Shown here piece after piece: positions 23,700-36,730 of a DNA stretch of 64,000 nt; positions within the stretch are counted from its first letter, which is position 1, and the number at the start of each line of letters is the position of its first letter. Origin of the DNA: Octopus bimaculoides (taxonomy: Eukaryota); NCBI RefSeq assembly GCF_001194135.2, contig NC_069001.1, positions 32,679,539-32,743,538 of the forward strand, written 5' to 3'. Below the pieces are notes generated by a model. That model was not told where the DNA came from. It searched no databases and worked only from the letters and a program-made list of their open reading frames with translations. The position numbers were made by a program, and so were the translations under genes.

Positions 23700-24360
23700 T
23701 GTTTGAACAAAACTGCTTAGTAATTAATAAAAGGAATGCAGAGAGAGGGTTTGAATCAAACAAATGTATAACCTGGCTGTTCAGAAGAACGAAAGTTACA
23801 GCAATAGGAAAGAAAATAAGATATAACCTCACTGTAGCCACTTATACAGAATATAATGTTAATATTTATAAGAATGAAAAAGATCTTCACCTCAAAATAC
23901 AACTTAAAATTGAGGCTAGTTAACTGTTATATCATACCAGTTGCCCTTTACTGAGCAGAAAGTTGGATAATGTACAGAGCAATGGAAAAGAAGATAAATG
24001 CTTTTGAAATGTGTGTCTTTCGTAGATTGGGTAGAATAAGTTGAAAAGATAGGACAAAAAGTGCTGTAGTACTAGAAAAGATGAAAGTTCAAAGACACTT
24101 ATTGTCGAGAATCAAGTCCACTAAGCTATCGTATTTTAGACATACGATGCGTCACGAGTCGTTGCCCAAGACTACACTGACAGGAAGCGTCAAGGGGAAG
24201 AGATCAAGACGTTTCTGAACTGAATACATCAAAGAATGAACTGGAAACAAGATCCTAGCTGATTGTGTGTATGACAGCACAACACAGAAGGAACTAGAAA
24301 GTCTTGAAAGTCTTAGCAAGCCAATACTTGAAGACAGAGAAGGCACGTAGCTGATGATGA
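23700..24360 (+). mobile_element. 5'-truncated RTE/BovB-like LINE 3' end in CHS intron 2, antisense to CHS
   Basis: Reads YIIPVAL..AESW..EKKINAFEMCVFRRLGRIS*KDR..KLSYFRH.MRHESL..GSVKGKRSR; ends gaaggcacgtagctgatgatga. Confidence 0.85.
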
Positions 24361-24454
24361 ATATAAAGATAACACTCCATTTTGGACAAATGGCTTGCAA
24401 AAGACCTCACCCCACCTCCGACATCAAATTGAAAATATAATAAATGTTACTCAC

Positions 24455-24854
24455 CCAAAGAAATGTATTCGTTTTTATTGGTTGAGTATTCTTAAAAATA
24501 AAACGTTGAATGAGAGATAATGAAGCTTGAATATAAGGCATGGATATACATAAAAACAATGCCCAAATATATGTAACTTCCGTGTAGGATTTCGTGCTGT
24601 TGTTTATGATGGTGGTATTGACTAAAAGCACTTCTTTGCAGTTTTGGTTGCCGCTATGAGTCTTTATGTTTAAATGGTGGTTGATTTGAACGAGAGTCAG
24701 TTTGTTCAGAAAACCTAAGAATAGCACTAACAAGCAGAGAAGACATGTAAAAAGTAACTTAAATATGATTTTAAGATATTCTACACTGGAACTAGGTGTG
24801 GTCTCCATTTCCACATTGCGTGACTCGAAAACATCCCAAACGACAGGACAAATT
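24455..24854 (-). CDS. CHS: Chitin synthase exon 2 (ICPVVWDVFES...TNTFLW), N-terminal TM region
   Basis: Within ORF 24407..24907; acceptor tttcag at 24855, donor TGG|GTGAGT at 24454; 'WDVF' motif typical of metazoan CHS N-termini. Confidence 0.9.
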
Positions 24855-24959
24855 CTGAAACGAGAAATTACAAGATTAACAATAAGGGACCACAGATATA
24901 AAAGCACATAGTTCCACGGTGGGTCCCTAGTGGAAGTATATGTTTATGTAGAATATAAA

Positions 24960-25340
24960 AGGCGTGGCTATGTGGTAAGAAGCTCACTTCCCAATCACTT
25001 GGTCTTGGGTTCAGTGTTGCGTGACACATTGGGCAAGTATCTTCTACTATAGCCTCGGATCGACCAAGGCCTTGTGAGTGGATTTGGTTGACGGAAACTG
25101 AAAGAAGCCCGTCGTGTGTGTGTGTGTATGTATGGGGGATGTCTGTGTCTCTCGCCATCGCTTTACAACCGATGTTTGTGTGTTTACATTCCCGTAACTT
25201 GGCGGTTCGGCAAAAGAGAAGACCAGTAAAATAAATTACAGTCTTAAGAAAGAAAGAAAAAAAACTACTGAGGTCGATTCACTCGTCTAAAGATTCTTCA
25301 AGCCAGTGCCCTAGCATGGCCGCAGTGTAATGACTGAAAC
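24960..25340 (+). mobile_element. SINE family A in CHS intron 1
   Basis: Aligns with the family A consensus. Confidence 0.85.
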
Positions 25341-25574
25341 TTTAGCGGAATCGAGTCTGCCTCAAGCAATCAGACCAGATTTCCGATTTAAGGATAACTA
25401 ATCAGTTTTAGAGGCCCTGAAAACGTCGTGGGCTCTGCACCTTTCTGCCCCTTACAATACAATTTAANNNNNNNNNNNNNNNNNNNNNNNNNNNNNNNTT
25501 CTGTGATGTGTTTTGAAGTAATCTAAATTTAGGTTTTCCATAAAAGTTTCATGTTAATCTTTACTTCAAACAAG

Positions 25575-25790
25575 GTGGTGAGATGGCAGAATCGTTAGGA
25601 CGCCAGACAAAATGCTTAGCAGCATTTCGTCCGTCTTTACGTTCTGAGTTCAAATTCTGCCGAGGTCGACTTCGCTTTTTATTCTTTCGAGGTCGATAAA
25701 ATAAGTAACAGAAGAGCACTAGTGTCGATGTAATCGATATAGCTTCTCCCTCGGAATTGCTGACCCTGTACCAAAATTTGAATTCAATAT
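25575..25790 (+). mobile_element. SINE family B, full length
   Basis: tggcagaatcgttag (A-box-like), gagttcaaattc (B-box), ttctttcgaggtcgataaaataagta core, ccaaaatttgaa tail. Confidence 0.8.
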
Positions 25791-25827
25791 ATACTTCAAG
25801 ACCCAGCTTAATAAAAACATTACTATA

Positions 25828-26225
25828 CAGGGTGGCCCAAAAGTAGGTTTACAGTTATTCAACTATCTCTTTCGCATTCATATATTAACAGTTTAGATCT
25901 TAATTATAAAAAAATATGAAACCATTACTCAGCAAGATGGAGCACCTCCACATAATGCGTTGACAGTACGAGACTACCTTAACCAAGCCTTTCCACAGCG
26001 TTGGTTTGGAAGACAGGGCAGTATCGAATGGCCACCGCGTTCACCTGACCTGACACCAATGGATTTCTTTTTGGGGGATGTTGTAACGAACAAGGTTTAT
26101 GAGAAGAATCCTAAAACAGTAAATGAATTAAAAGATTACATTTCTGGCGTATTCACTGAAATTGATGGAGATCGGAATTTGTGCTGCACTGTGTCAGAGT
26201 ATTCTGAAGAGGTTTGAAGAATATT
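25828..26225 (+). mobile_element. Internally deleted Tc1/mariner-superfamily transposon (DDE C-terminal fragment), runs into a gap
   Basis: TA|CAGGGTGGCCCAAAAG terminus; QQDGAPPH...WPPRSPDLTPMDFFL..KVY (ORF 25960..26217). Confidence 0.88.
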
Positions 26226-26623
26226 NNNNNNNNNNNNNNNNNNNNNNNNNNNNNNNNNNNNNNNNNNNNNNNNNNNNNNNNNNNNNNNNNNNNNNNNNNN
26301 NNNNNNNNNNNNNNNNNNNNNNNNNNNNNNNNNNNNNNNNNNNNNNNNNNNNNNNNNNNNNNNNNNNNNNNNNNNNNNNNNNNNNNNNNNNNNNNNNNNN
26401 NNNNNNNNNNNNNNNNNNNNNNNNNNNNNNNNNNNNNNNNNNNNNNNNNNNNNNNNNNNNNNNNNNNNNNNNNNNNNNNNNNNNNNNNNNNNNNNNNNNN
26501 NNNNNNNNNNNNNNNNNNNNNNNNNNNNNNNNNNNNNNNNNNNNNNNAGGATTTTGGGTCGGGGTGAAACTCAAAGGCATACAACAACAGTCTGTGCAAT
26601 GAAAATAAAGATTTTTCCCTTAC

Positions 26624-26772
26624 GATTGATCGGTTGATTTGGAAAACATTGATTGATTATCGTCAAACAAAGAACTGTTCGATATATTTAGATGTTTGCC
26701 TTCTTTATTATAGCAATAGCTGGCAGCATTGACCACCACTGGATCGAGTTCTGCTGGATCGTAACAAGCCAT
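26624..26772 (-). CDS. CHS: Chitin synthase coding exon 1 (MACYDPAELDPVVVN...KSTDQ, ends phase 2)
   Basis: ATG at 26772 in aaaATGg context; acceptor ...cattgtag at 26786 lies 13 nt upstream; donor TC|GTAAGG at 26623; phase 2 joins exon 2 in frame. Too short for the ORF track, translated by hand. Confidence 0.7.
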
Positions 26773-29700
26773 TTTACTTCCATTCCTACAATGAAAAGAA
26801 ATTAAGGATGCAACTTCAGTGTGCTGTCTACCAAGCTATTTATACTTTAGCATGCAGTTTAACCCTAACCTAGATCTGGATTTTTCGCAGCACAGACTAC
26901 CGATAAAATAGTGTTTAATTAAGATAGACACGCTTAAAGAAAAACACATGCACAAATTCTACATTCTGTTGTGTTCTTTCTTCGAAAGTACGTTCACACT
27001 TCACTGAGTACCAATACATAAAACTCTTATCCAACACGCTCTGGTTGAGGGTTTTGTTTTCATATATATAATTTTTTTTTAAAAAGCTGAACCAATGCCT
27101 TCACAGATTACAAAACAAATCTCTATAGGGTCTTTTTCTAAATGATTAAAAAAATTTGGAAAGTGATAGGCTTCCTTAAGACATTTCCGAATGTTCCAGT
27201 TGTGTACTTGAATAGTCATCTACAAATATCTACATGTTTCCCCTCTATCAGTGCAAACCGTTTATGTTCGACAATGTAATACAAATGTCGTTAGATCTTG
27301 CCTCCTCCGCATCTCTGCGCTGTCTATGATTTAGAACAATTTTGATTTAGAGCAATTGACGTGGCTTTGACTTCTAGAGAATTCAAAGATAACAGTACGA
27401 ATTAAATCGACAATGTTATAAAAAATATGCGTTTTAAAAATAAGTGCTTTAAATACAAATGTGCTGAAAAAAATCTGGTTTTTTTTCCCGGAAAATTAAA
27501 CGATCTGAATTAAAAGAAATAATCAAATTGTAAACTTTGAAACAAATCCTCTATTTTTCAACGTATTTTAACTGTGAGAATTTATGTTATTTGCGGTTTT
27601 TAAAATACAGGTTCGTAAAGATATTTCACTATTTTAGAAGACTATAATTATAGATTCTAACACCGTATTATTATTATCAAAAACAGGTGTATACTTACAC
27701 GTAGCATTACCAGACTAAAGATTATTAGAAATAAGTAAAAAATGTCAAAATGGGAATAAAAATATAATTAATATTCTAATTAATTTATTTTGACCAATCA
27801 AATGTGTGATAATGAGAACATGAAGTTATTCCAAGATGAGATTATTATTATTCAAGAGCAATATTTGTTTAATGAGAAGAACGGTAGCATTCCTATTTTC
27901 CGAACTCTTTTGAATGAGGAATTATTTCTCGCTATTTTCAAAATGTTTTCTTATTTCGAAGCATTGTTAAACAATTACTTTTACGATGTCTCGTCATTCA
28001 AAACGTAAACTTAGAACTTTATCTCCTAACAAAGGAAAATTTATTAACAGTTATTAATAGAGTAAAACTACAAAATCTGGACTGTAAAATTCAACTCAAT
28101 TTCCCGTCTGGTAGGTTTTTAATTCGTAATCATTATTGAGATTTTAATTTTCCTAATTTTATTTAAAAAACTTCACCAGATCGTGGTTTCGATTCCTGGG
28201 CCGGGTGATTCATGGTGTTTTTGAGCAAGATGCTTCATTTTCCATTGCTCAAGTCCACTCAGCTGTAAATGGATCACCCTGCTGCAGAGAAACTGTGATT
28301 TCGGTTGGCCCGAAGCTATAGTAGAAGACATTTGTCCGAGGTGCCACGCCGTGGGAAAGCAAGATTCTTACCACATATCCACGTCTGCGCCTGAACAGTT
28401 ATAACATTTTCAATTACAGAATCGCGAAATCAGAAATAGCGTTTGACAACTATTAGAAACCTGGAATACTACTCAACAAAGCAGTTCCCAAAGTGGATGG
28501 TATTGATCCCCTGGGGGCGGTGGTAAGCTCCAAGGCGGCGTTGAAGAAAGGTGAGGTGATAATTGGGTAGCGATTCATGTAAAAACAAAATAATGTGTTC
28601 ATTATGTTAAGTTTTACTTGTGAAATACAGTTGCTTTGAATTTACTTCAGAAAGAGGTCTATGTTTGTGATGGTTAGTTGTTGTTGGTGGTGGTAGGGTG
28701 TTAGGAATGTGGCCTGGGTGTTAAGTGGGGTGGCAGCCCGAAAAAGTTGGGGAACCACTGTGTTATAAGATTTAGCGACCAGAGACAACCAATCATTCGG
28801 TAAGAAAACCGCTCCTACTTTAATCCTTTGCCTGTCGTTTGTACCACATTTGGTACATAGGACATATTTATTTCCTTGGCATCCATGCGTCGTATGTGCT
28901 ACACATCCCCGATGTTTTTTCAATCGTTGGAGTAAGTTGAAACTTATGAAAGGAAAGCTTTTTGTTACTCAGAACGTATGAAACGAGGGTTAACAAAAGG
29001 TCCGAAAACACGCATGGACGTTTAGGTCAAATCTAGCAAAATGTTTTGGACAGGCAGAGCATTAACACTGAAAATACTGCGAACGAGAGAGAGAGAGAAA
29101 GAGAGAGTCACCTTATGTGGTCACTCGACCTTTTAGAAAAAGCAGCCGAATATTCCTAAAATATCATCCTCATGTCTTGAAAAAGAAAAGACACATTATA
29201 ATATACAGAAATTCTGGGAAAAAAAGAGTAAAGACCAGACACAACCGTCCAGTGTTGGGCGTATATGAAGAATCATATCTGAAAGGTTTGGACGATGGGG
29301 TTCCTCGTTTATCCCAAGAAGTCCTCCTGTGTCACTATGTTCCCCGCTTCTTTTTTTACTGTTGTATATTATGTACTCTTTCCTCCTTTGTTTTATTGTA
29401 TACCGTGTATAGTTTCAATTTTTTTTTTGTCATTTCATAATATGTAATGAAATGTCTTTGTATTGTTCTCCTCATCCTTCGTCTTGGTTGCAAATAAAAG
29501 AAACCATTATTATTATTATTATTATTATTGTTGTTGTTGTTGTTGTTGTTGTTAAAAATAATGGTTTGAAATTTTGACAAAAGGCCAGCAATTGCGTGGG
29601 TGGGGTGGAGTCGATCACATCGACTTCAGAGCTCTACTGGTACGTTATTTTAAGGAAGCCGAAAGGATGAAAGGTAAAATCCATCTTAAAGGGGATTTGA

Positions 29701-32700
29701 GATCAGAACCTAAAGGTTCGGAAGAAAATCAACGTAGCATTTTGTCCGACGCTCTTAACAATCCTATCAGCCTGCACCCTTAATCGTTTCAAATTTTGGC
29801 ACAAAGCTTGCAAATTTAGGGGATGGAGATAAGTTAATTTGAAGCCCTCATCGCCACATCATCGTAATCTGCATTATCTAAAATGTAATTCTAGAAAATT
29901 TCATTAAAAAATATGCATTTTTTAAGAAACCTATGGCGCAACGAAGTCGGAGGAAGAGAGAGAGAGATACTTCTTTAGTTTTACTGCTTATTTATATCCT
30001 GCTCCGGGATTGATTGATTTTTACTTGATAATAAGTTTTGAACACTGCAATGCACAGTGGCGTAGTGAAGGGATGGGCAAACTGCACGTTCCACCATTGG
30101 TTGAACAAATGTCGTGCACAAACGCAGTCTTTATGTTTCTAATGAATGATAATTTATGCTTGATGGCAATAGTTTGTTCCACGCTGGGCAAATGCTTAGC
30201 GGCATTTCGTCCGTTTTTACGTTTTGAGTTCAAATTCCGCCGGGGTCGATGTTGTCTTTCATCCTGTCGAGGTTCATAAAATTATACCAGTTGAACTCAG
30301 GGGTCGATGAAATCAACTTACCCTTCCCTACAAACTGCTGGCCTTGTGCCAAAATGTAAAGCTAATATTTTACTTTATAAACGGCTCAGTTTGTTCCTTT
30401 CATAGGAATGATCTTTTTTCGTCGTTTTGGCTCCAATCTAGTGCTGAACGAGTAGACATATACTCAAAGATAGTTTGTCACTTTTTAGACGTACTGTACA
30501 TAAAATCACATCCACCAAATTGTGTGTGTGTGTGTGTGTGTGTTTAAAGACCGTGCAATTTGAGGGAGATTTAGTTGTTATTTCTCACAAGTCAAGTAAT
30601 AGCACAAAGGCGCCCCTCAGTTCAAGTTCGTAATTTTGATGTCAGCATTAGTACTGTTAAGAGTAATCTCCCTTCTTCCATGGATTCTATTGCATTATTT
30701 TGAAATGAGTCAGAGTTCAGTTACTTTCTCGTTGTTGTTTAACCCCAAGCTAATCTTCATTGAACAGACGTATAATTAAAGGCGTACCAGCCTAGAACAT
30801 TCTGCCTTTTATTTTTTCAATTACATTATCCAATATATTATCAAGAAGACGATAGGGTGTGACTTGACTGTTATTTAGCAGCTATTTCTCGCAGATCGAG
30901 CGATACATTGTCCCGTTGTATTTTCAGCTTCCATCCAGCAGACCGATGATCAAAATAACTCCAACAGTGAGCCTCTCCTTTTTAGGGCATAGTATATCTA
31001 TGATTCCTTCGCTCGTTCTGTAACCTGAGTTAGAGCTGCGTTGCCGAGTGATATTCAAGAGATTGCAAAAGGCCACTCGGAAGTCCTCCATGACGATGCG
31101 AAGACGATTTAGTTAAACGATTTGGACCAAGATGGAACAGAGAAGCGTAATCAAGTGAGAATTGGAAGTGCATTACAATCACTTGTGTGTAACTACATCG
31201 GAAAGTCTGGTCGATTCAGTGTTGTTGGTGATTGCAATATCCAATGTGTCCTGTTATTATGGCTTCAAGCTAAAACTGGAACTTGCTCGTGAAATCATCC
31301 AGCGCAGTATATATAGTGTTCGCTTTGAGGAATATATTAGTTTGCTGTGGGGAGGAGAATTCACATGTTTCGAGCAGTTTTGAGGGAGGGAGGAGGAAAG
31401 TGAGAGAGATGTTTACTATAGGCGCGAGGCACAGAAGTTTGGTTAAGATATCCACTTTGCAACTACATGGTTTTGGGTTCAATCCTATTACGCGGCATCT
31501 AGGGTAAATGTCTTCTACTATAGCCCCGGGCCGATATATATATATATTATCTAAAGTGTGCAGTATTATATATCTACCACGACTGATCTTACCAATCGTT
31601 ACGCTTCGGATAATGTACCCACTCTATTGACAGAGATACGAGGGTATCTTTTTCCTGACCTATGGACTTTTAGACGCTTTAAGCACGTTATATATATATA
31701 TATATATATATAAATTTTATATATATATGTATATAGTTGTGTGTATTTGTGTTTGTTCCCACCATCACTCATCTCTTGAACCTGCGTTTGTTTGTTTCCG
31801 TCCCCGTAACTTAATGGTTCAGCAAAAGAAACCGAAAGAATAAGTATTAGACTTAAAGACTTTTGTCATTGGACAGGGGTTGAATTGTTCCACTAAATCC
31901 TTCAAGGCAACATTGTTGCAGTCCAATGACTGAACCAAATAAATGATAAAGAGATACTTGACTGGTTATTTTATTTGTATTCAAGAATAAAAGTTCATAA
32001 AATCGTCCCCAGAATTTGAAATTAGAGTGTAAGGGGACGTAACCTAATACTGCAATAGATTTTACCATAACGATTTCTGTTATTTGTCATAAAGGTTCAA
32101 TGTATTGGAGAGAAGGCAATAACAATAATGATACTTTACATTCATACATTTATAAAAGAAGACGATAACTGATTTACAAGACAACCAGTATAGTTCTGAT
32201 CCTTAATTTATCGATCCTAGTGAGAAAAGTGCAGGGCTTACGCCGTCGGTATTGGGAAGGGGCGTAACTCAACTCTGTCCGAGATACTGCAGATTCTGTT
32301 TACTCCCGCCTTAATATATTGATTTTTAATACTAGCCTAGGGTGATACATTTTGCGAGTAGGATAAAGTCGAGTAAATCTATTCCAGCACTTGACTGATA
32401 TTGTATTTTATCGACTCCAGAAATATGTAAGGATTTCGGCTGGATATGAACTCAATCCATAAGGGGACGTAACTAAATCCTTCAAGGTATTTTGGCCGAC
32501 ATGGAAAAGATTTTGATAACCCACTATTTTTTATAAGTCAATGATGATTCTGTTATTTGCCACAAGGTCGAAGAATGAGAAGAAATTATCAGGGCAAAAT
32601 ATTTAAATGGTGAAGATTCAAAATCAATTTGGAAAGGGGAAAATAAAATGTGAAAAAACAGGAATGGAGTGAGACGTTCGATCAGGGCGACAGTCATTTA

Positions 32701-33840
32701 GGGTCAGTCAAAGAAAACTACAACCACAGGTCCAGACATACCTTGATTAGCAAGGGTAACTCAGTAGTGTACTCCAGCTTACAAGCGCATATGAAAGTAG
32801 GTCCAGTCCATTTATGTGGTCCATTCCCGCTGCTCTCACCCACCTTTCCGTAAATATTCCGTGGAGCTGTACCTTCCTTTTCACATTCTTCTTCTCCAAA
32901 CAGAGATTGAAGAAGTAGGTGAAGGCTTGACTAAAGAGAAATGCGTCAATGTGTCTGTCCTCTATCCGCCCAATCTCTTTTGTCATAGCCACAAGACAGT
33001 GGAAAGCTATCTGCGCTTCTCGGCCAAAGGAAGACGATGGAGTGATCAGCACAATGGACAAAGTTAACTACTGCATCCGTCATAGACGCGACAGTTACTG
33101 TTCGATATAACACCATAGGCAGTAGTGCTCTGGCACTGACGAGTGTTAGCCTAGGAATTTCAGGAACTTGCCCACATTCCCCAGGCTCTGATGTCCAATT
33201 TAGACATAACGCCAGAAATTTAAGATCAGAGCTAGTGTAGATTAAAACGTCATGAGAACTTTTTCTCTTGAGCCCTGTGACTCAGAAGGCGGAAACTTAA
33301 TCCGATTTCTTTGGCACAAAAGTAGCTGAGATTACAACACTCCCCGCCACCCCGGATGGACCGTTAGTCTGCAGTGTTAACTTCCCAGCTATTACTGGAA
33401 CTCAGAGTGGAGTGAAGCAACGTGAAATGAAATGTTTTGCTCAAGAACACAACACACCATCAGGTGCAGGAATCGAGCAAATCAGTACAGTTGTTTTTGT
33501 TAGGTCATGATTAGGGTACTATTTGTACGAGTTGGGTTCAACGGTTCAACGGTCTCTGAGTTACTGAAGAATAGCGGCATATCTTCTCTGACAAGGGATA
33601 ATTATCCCAAAACGAGTCTATCAGAGAATTCCTTATTAATTTCAGTTTATTGAAAGAACAATGGGATGGTTTCATATCGCCTGCAATCTTCATAACGAAA
33701 GTTTCCAAATAAATAGCTAGATTTATCTTCATTACAAATGTTTCAGATATTCTAAATTATGCTGAGTTATATAGTAGACTCCAGAGGGTACACCAGAAGG
33801 CGCGACGCGCTACCAAAAGATTTGGGCATGGTAGATTAGT

Positions 33841-34095
33841 TTCAGAAACATGGATATTTCTCAATGAAAATTTCACCAAATACCTTTTAGATGGTATAGA
33901 TTATGATTATATCGGAATTTAATGCGAAAAAAATTTTCAGAGGAGAGGAGTTTCAGATAATTTACATAAGTCGACTTTGCTTCCTCAAAACTTTCAGAAA
34001 ATATGGACATTTTTCAATGAAGTTTTCTACAAGTAGCTTTTGGTCAATGTTGATTACGATTATATCGGAAATTAAAGCGGAAAAAAAAAATGTTG
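33841..34095. repeat. Two diverged tandem copies of a ~150-bp unit, possibly a transposon subterminal repeat
   Basis: ttcagaaa(a)catgga.att.t.caatgaa...gatta.gattatatcggaa.t.aa.gcg.aaaaaaa at 33841 and ~33992. Confidence 0.7.
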
Positions 34096-34904
34096 GGCGT
34101 GCATACATACATATTGAAATATCATACAAACTTTTTCCAAATTTCAATTTGGTTGTATATTTGTGATGTGTTAGTATGTATGAGTGAGCGTCACACCCAA
34201 ATTTTAATTATTATTATTATTATTATTTATCTATTTATATATTCATTTATTTTTTTCTTTGTAACTTAAACCCAACATAATCGCAGTCTACACCTTCCGA
34301 AAAGTATCAGTTGAAAATTTCACCCAAAACTAATCTCTTTTCTTTTCTTTTCTTCTTTCTTTCGAAAAGTTACCCGGAAACAAAGTCGGAGGTGGGGGTG
34401 AGTGACACACTTGTGTAGGTGTGCCGAATTAATGAGATATAATTTATTTTAAATTAATTTGCTTCGCCAATTACATATCATAGAATTTTAAAAACTGTTA
34501 TATGCTACCGTTATTATTATCATAAGTAAAAAAAACAAAAAAAACTCACAAAATAATATATATTTGAGAGAGAGAGAGTGGCGTGTAAAAATTTCGTTTC
34601 GTCATTTTTTGCTACGTGCTTTTCTGTCTCTCTTCCGCGTTTCGGTTTCGTTTGTGAAGTAACTACTGAAATTTTGATGTAACCACAATGGCATCACTTC
34701 CGTTTCCCCTCAGCCAGTTTCAAAGCTTCTATTATTATCTGGAAAAATGTTCCTTTTGTTTAGATTTCTTGGAAATATTTGGGTTGTTGTGTAATATGTC
34801 TAAAAGTGGCATTAGACAACTGGAAAGACTCCCAGGTAAACTATGAAATCTATGTTGTTTATTAGCCAATGTGATGTGACTTCAAAAAAACACACAATGC
34901 ATTA

Positions 34905-35420
34905 AACACACACACACACACACAAATCCTACTTTCGACGTTGTGTGCGCGTGTGTATATGTATGTGTATATATGTGTGTGTCTGCGCGTGTGTATATGT
35001 ATGTGTATATATGTGTGCGCGTGTGTATTTGTATGTGCATATGTGCGAGTGTGTATACATGTATGTTTGCGTATGCGTGTATATATCTCTGTGTATATAT
35101 ATGTGTGTGTATGTCTGCGTGTGTATATATGCGTTTGCGCGTATATGTGTGTGTATGTTAGCGTGTGCGAGTTTTGTGCATGTGTTTTGCGAGTCTGTTG
35201 TTATGAATGTTTCTATCTTTTGCATGTGATTGTGTGTGTATATATATATATATGTATATGTGTATGTATATATATGTGTGTATTTATGTGCATATGTATA
35301 TATATATATATATATATATTTATTTGTTCTATGTGCGCGCGTGTAGTTTTTGTTTTAAAAGGAACTACTATTCAACGAGTATATACACACACACACACAC
35401 ACATCCATGTGTGCATACAC
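34905..35420. repeat. Compound (CA)/(TG)/(TA) microsatellite field
   Basis: Direct reading. Confidence 0.92.
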
Positions 35421-35989
35421 GTACCGGATAATATTTGTAGTAATTATTATTTATTTCAATTTCTTGATGCAAACCTAAAACTGTATGATTTACTGTTGCC
35501 TTTTAAACAATCTCATTGTTTGTTATTAAATAAATCTTTCTTATAAAATCGCAACCAACCTCCGAAAGCATGATAAACAAAAACAAGGCGGCACTTTTCT
35601 ACTATATATATTTATTATTATTATTACTATTACACCGCATATTAAGCTTTTCTCTCTATTCGTTATTGATTTTTCCCCATAGCTCCCAAGATTGTATGGT
35701 ATTATATTATTTATAAGAGACTTAGAAATAATAAGAGAAGCGAGTTGTGTCGTTCATGCCCTACTTTTCACCCACCCGACAGTATTTTTGTGTCCCTGTT
35801 ATTTGTTTAACCCTGGGTCAGATCAAAAGCATTCCATTCATGATTTAGGGTTATTGTCTAAGACTTCAATATCTCTTTTTTTTAAAGATACGATGGTGTG
35901 ATTTTGGGGAGTTTCTATGTAGTGGTCCCCTCGTTGGTTCATTACAAATTAGAATCGAAACCCAGTTTATAGATTCTGCGGGTTTTTTT

Positions 35990-36730
35990 ATTATTATTAT
36001 TGTTATTACTGTCATACTGAGTTCAAATTCTGTCGATGTCAACTTTGCTTTTCATCCTTTCGGGGTCGAGTACTGGGGTCGATATAATCGGCTAGTCCCC
36101 TCCCCCCAAATTTTCCGCGTTGTGCTTACAGTAGTGAGGGTTATTATTATTATTATTATTATTTTAGGGCGGCAAGCTGGCGGAATCGTTAACATGCGGG
36201 GCAAAATGCTTAGCGGTATTTCGCCCGTCTTCAGGTTCTCGGTTCAAATTCCGCTGAGATCGACTTTACCTCTCATCCCTCTGGGTTTGATAAAATACGT
36301 ACCAGTTGAGCACTGGGTGAGGTGTCGATGTAATGGGCTTACTCGCTTCCTCAAAATTACTCGCCTTTGAAATCATCATCAGGATCGTTTGCACGCCGGA
36401 CCAAATGCTTAACGGCATTTCGTTCGTCTCTATGTTCTGAGTTCAGTCCCGCCGAGTTCGACTTTGCCTTTCATCCTTCTTGAGTCGATAAATTAAGTAC
36501 CAGTGAAACACCGGGGTCGATGTAACTGACTAGTCCCCCCTCCCCTCAAATTCGAGGCCTTGTGCTTTTAATAGAAAAGATTAATAATTCAAATATCGCC
36601 GAGTTCGACTTGCTTTTCATCTTTCCGGAGTCGATAAAATTAGGTACTAATTGAGCACTGGGGTTTGATGTTGTCGGCTAGCCCCTCCCACCAAATTTGA
36701 GTCCCCTTGTGTCTATAGTAGAAAGGATTA
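35990..36730 (+). mobile_element. Cluster of about four head-to-tail SINE family B copies
   Basis: Repeated gagttca(aa)..ccg..gtcgactttgc.tttcatcc..ggtcgat units at ~36020, 36170, 36400 and 36590, separated by (ATT)n. Confidence 0.8.

Noticed and set aside
32560-33100. Possible RT remnant (QGDS in ORF 32650..32853)
   Set aside because: A single short motif with no supporting neighbours.
34929-35546. C/V/Y/M-rich ORFs up to 201 aa
   Set aside because: Microsatellite translations.
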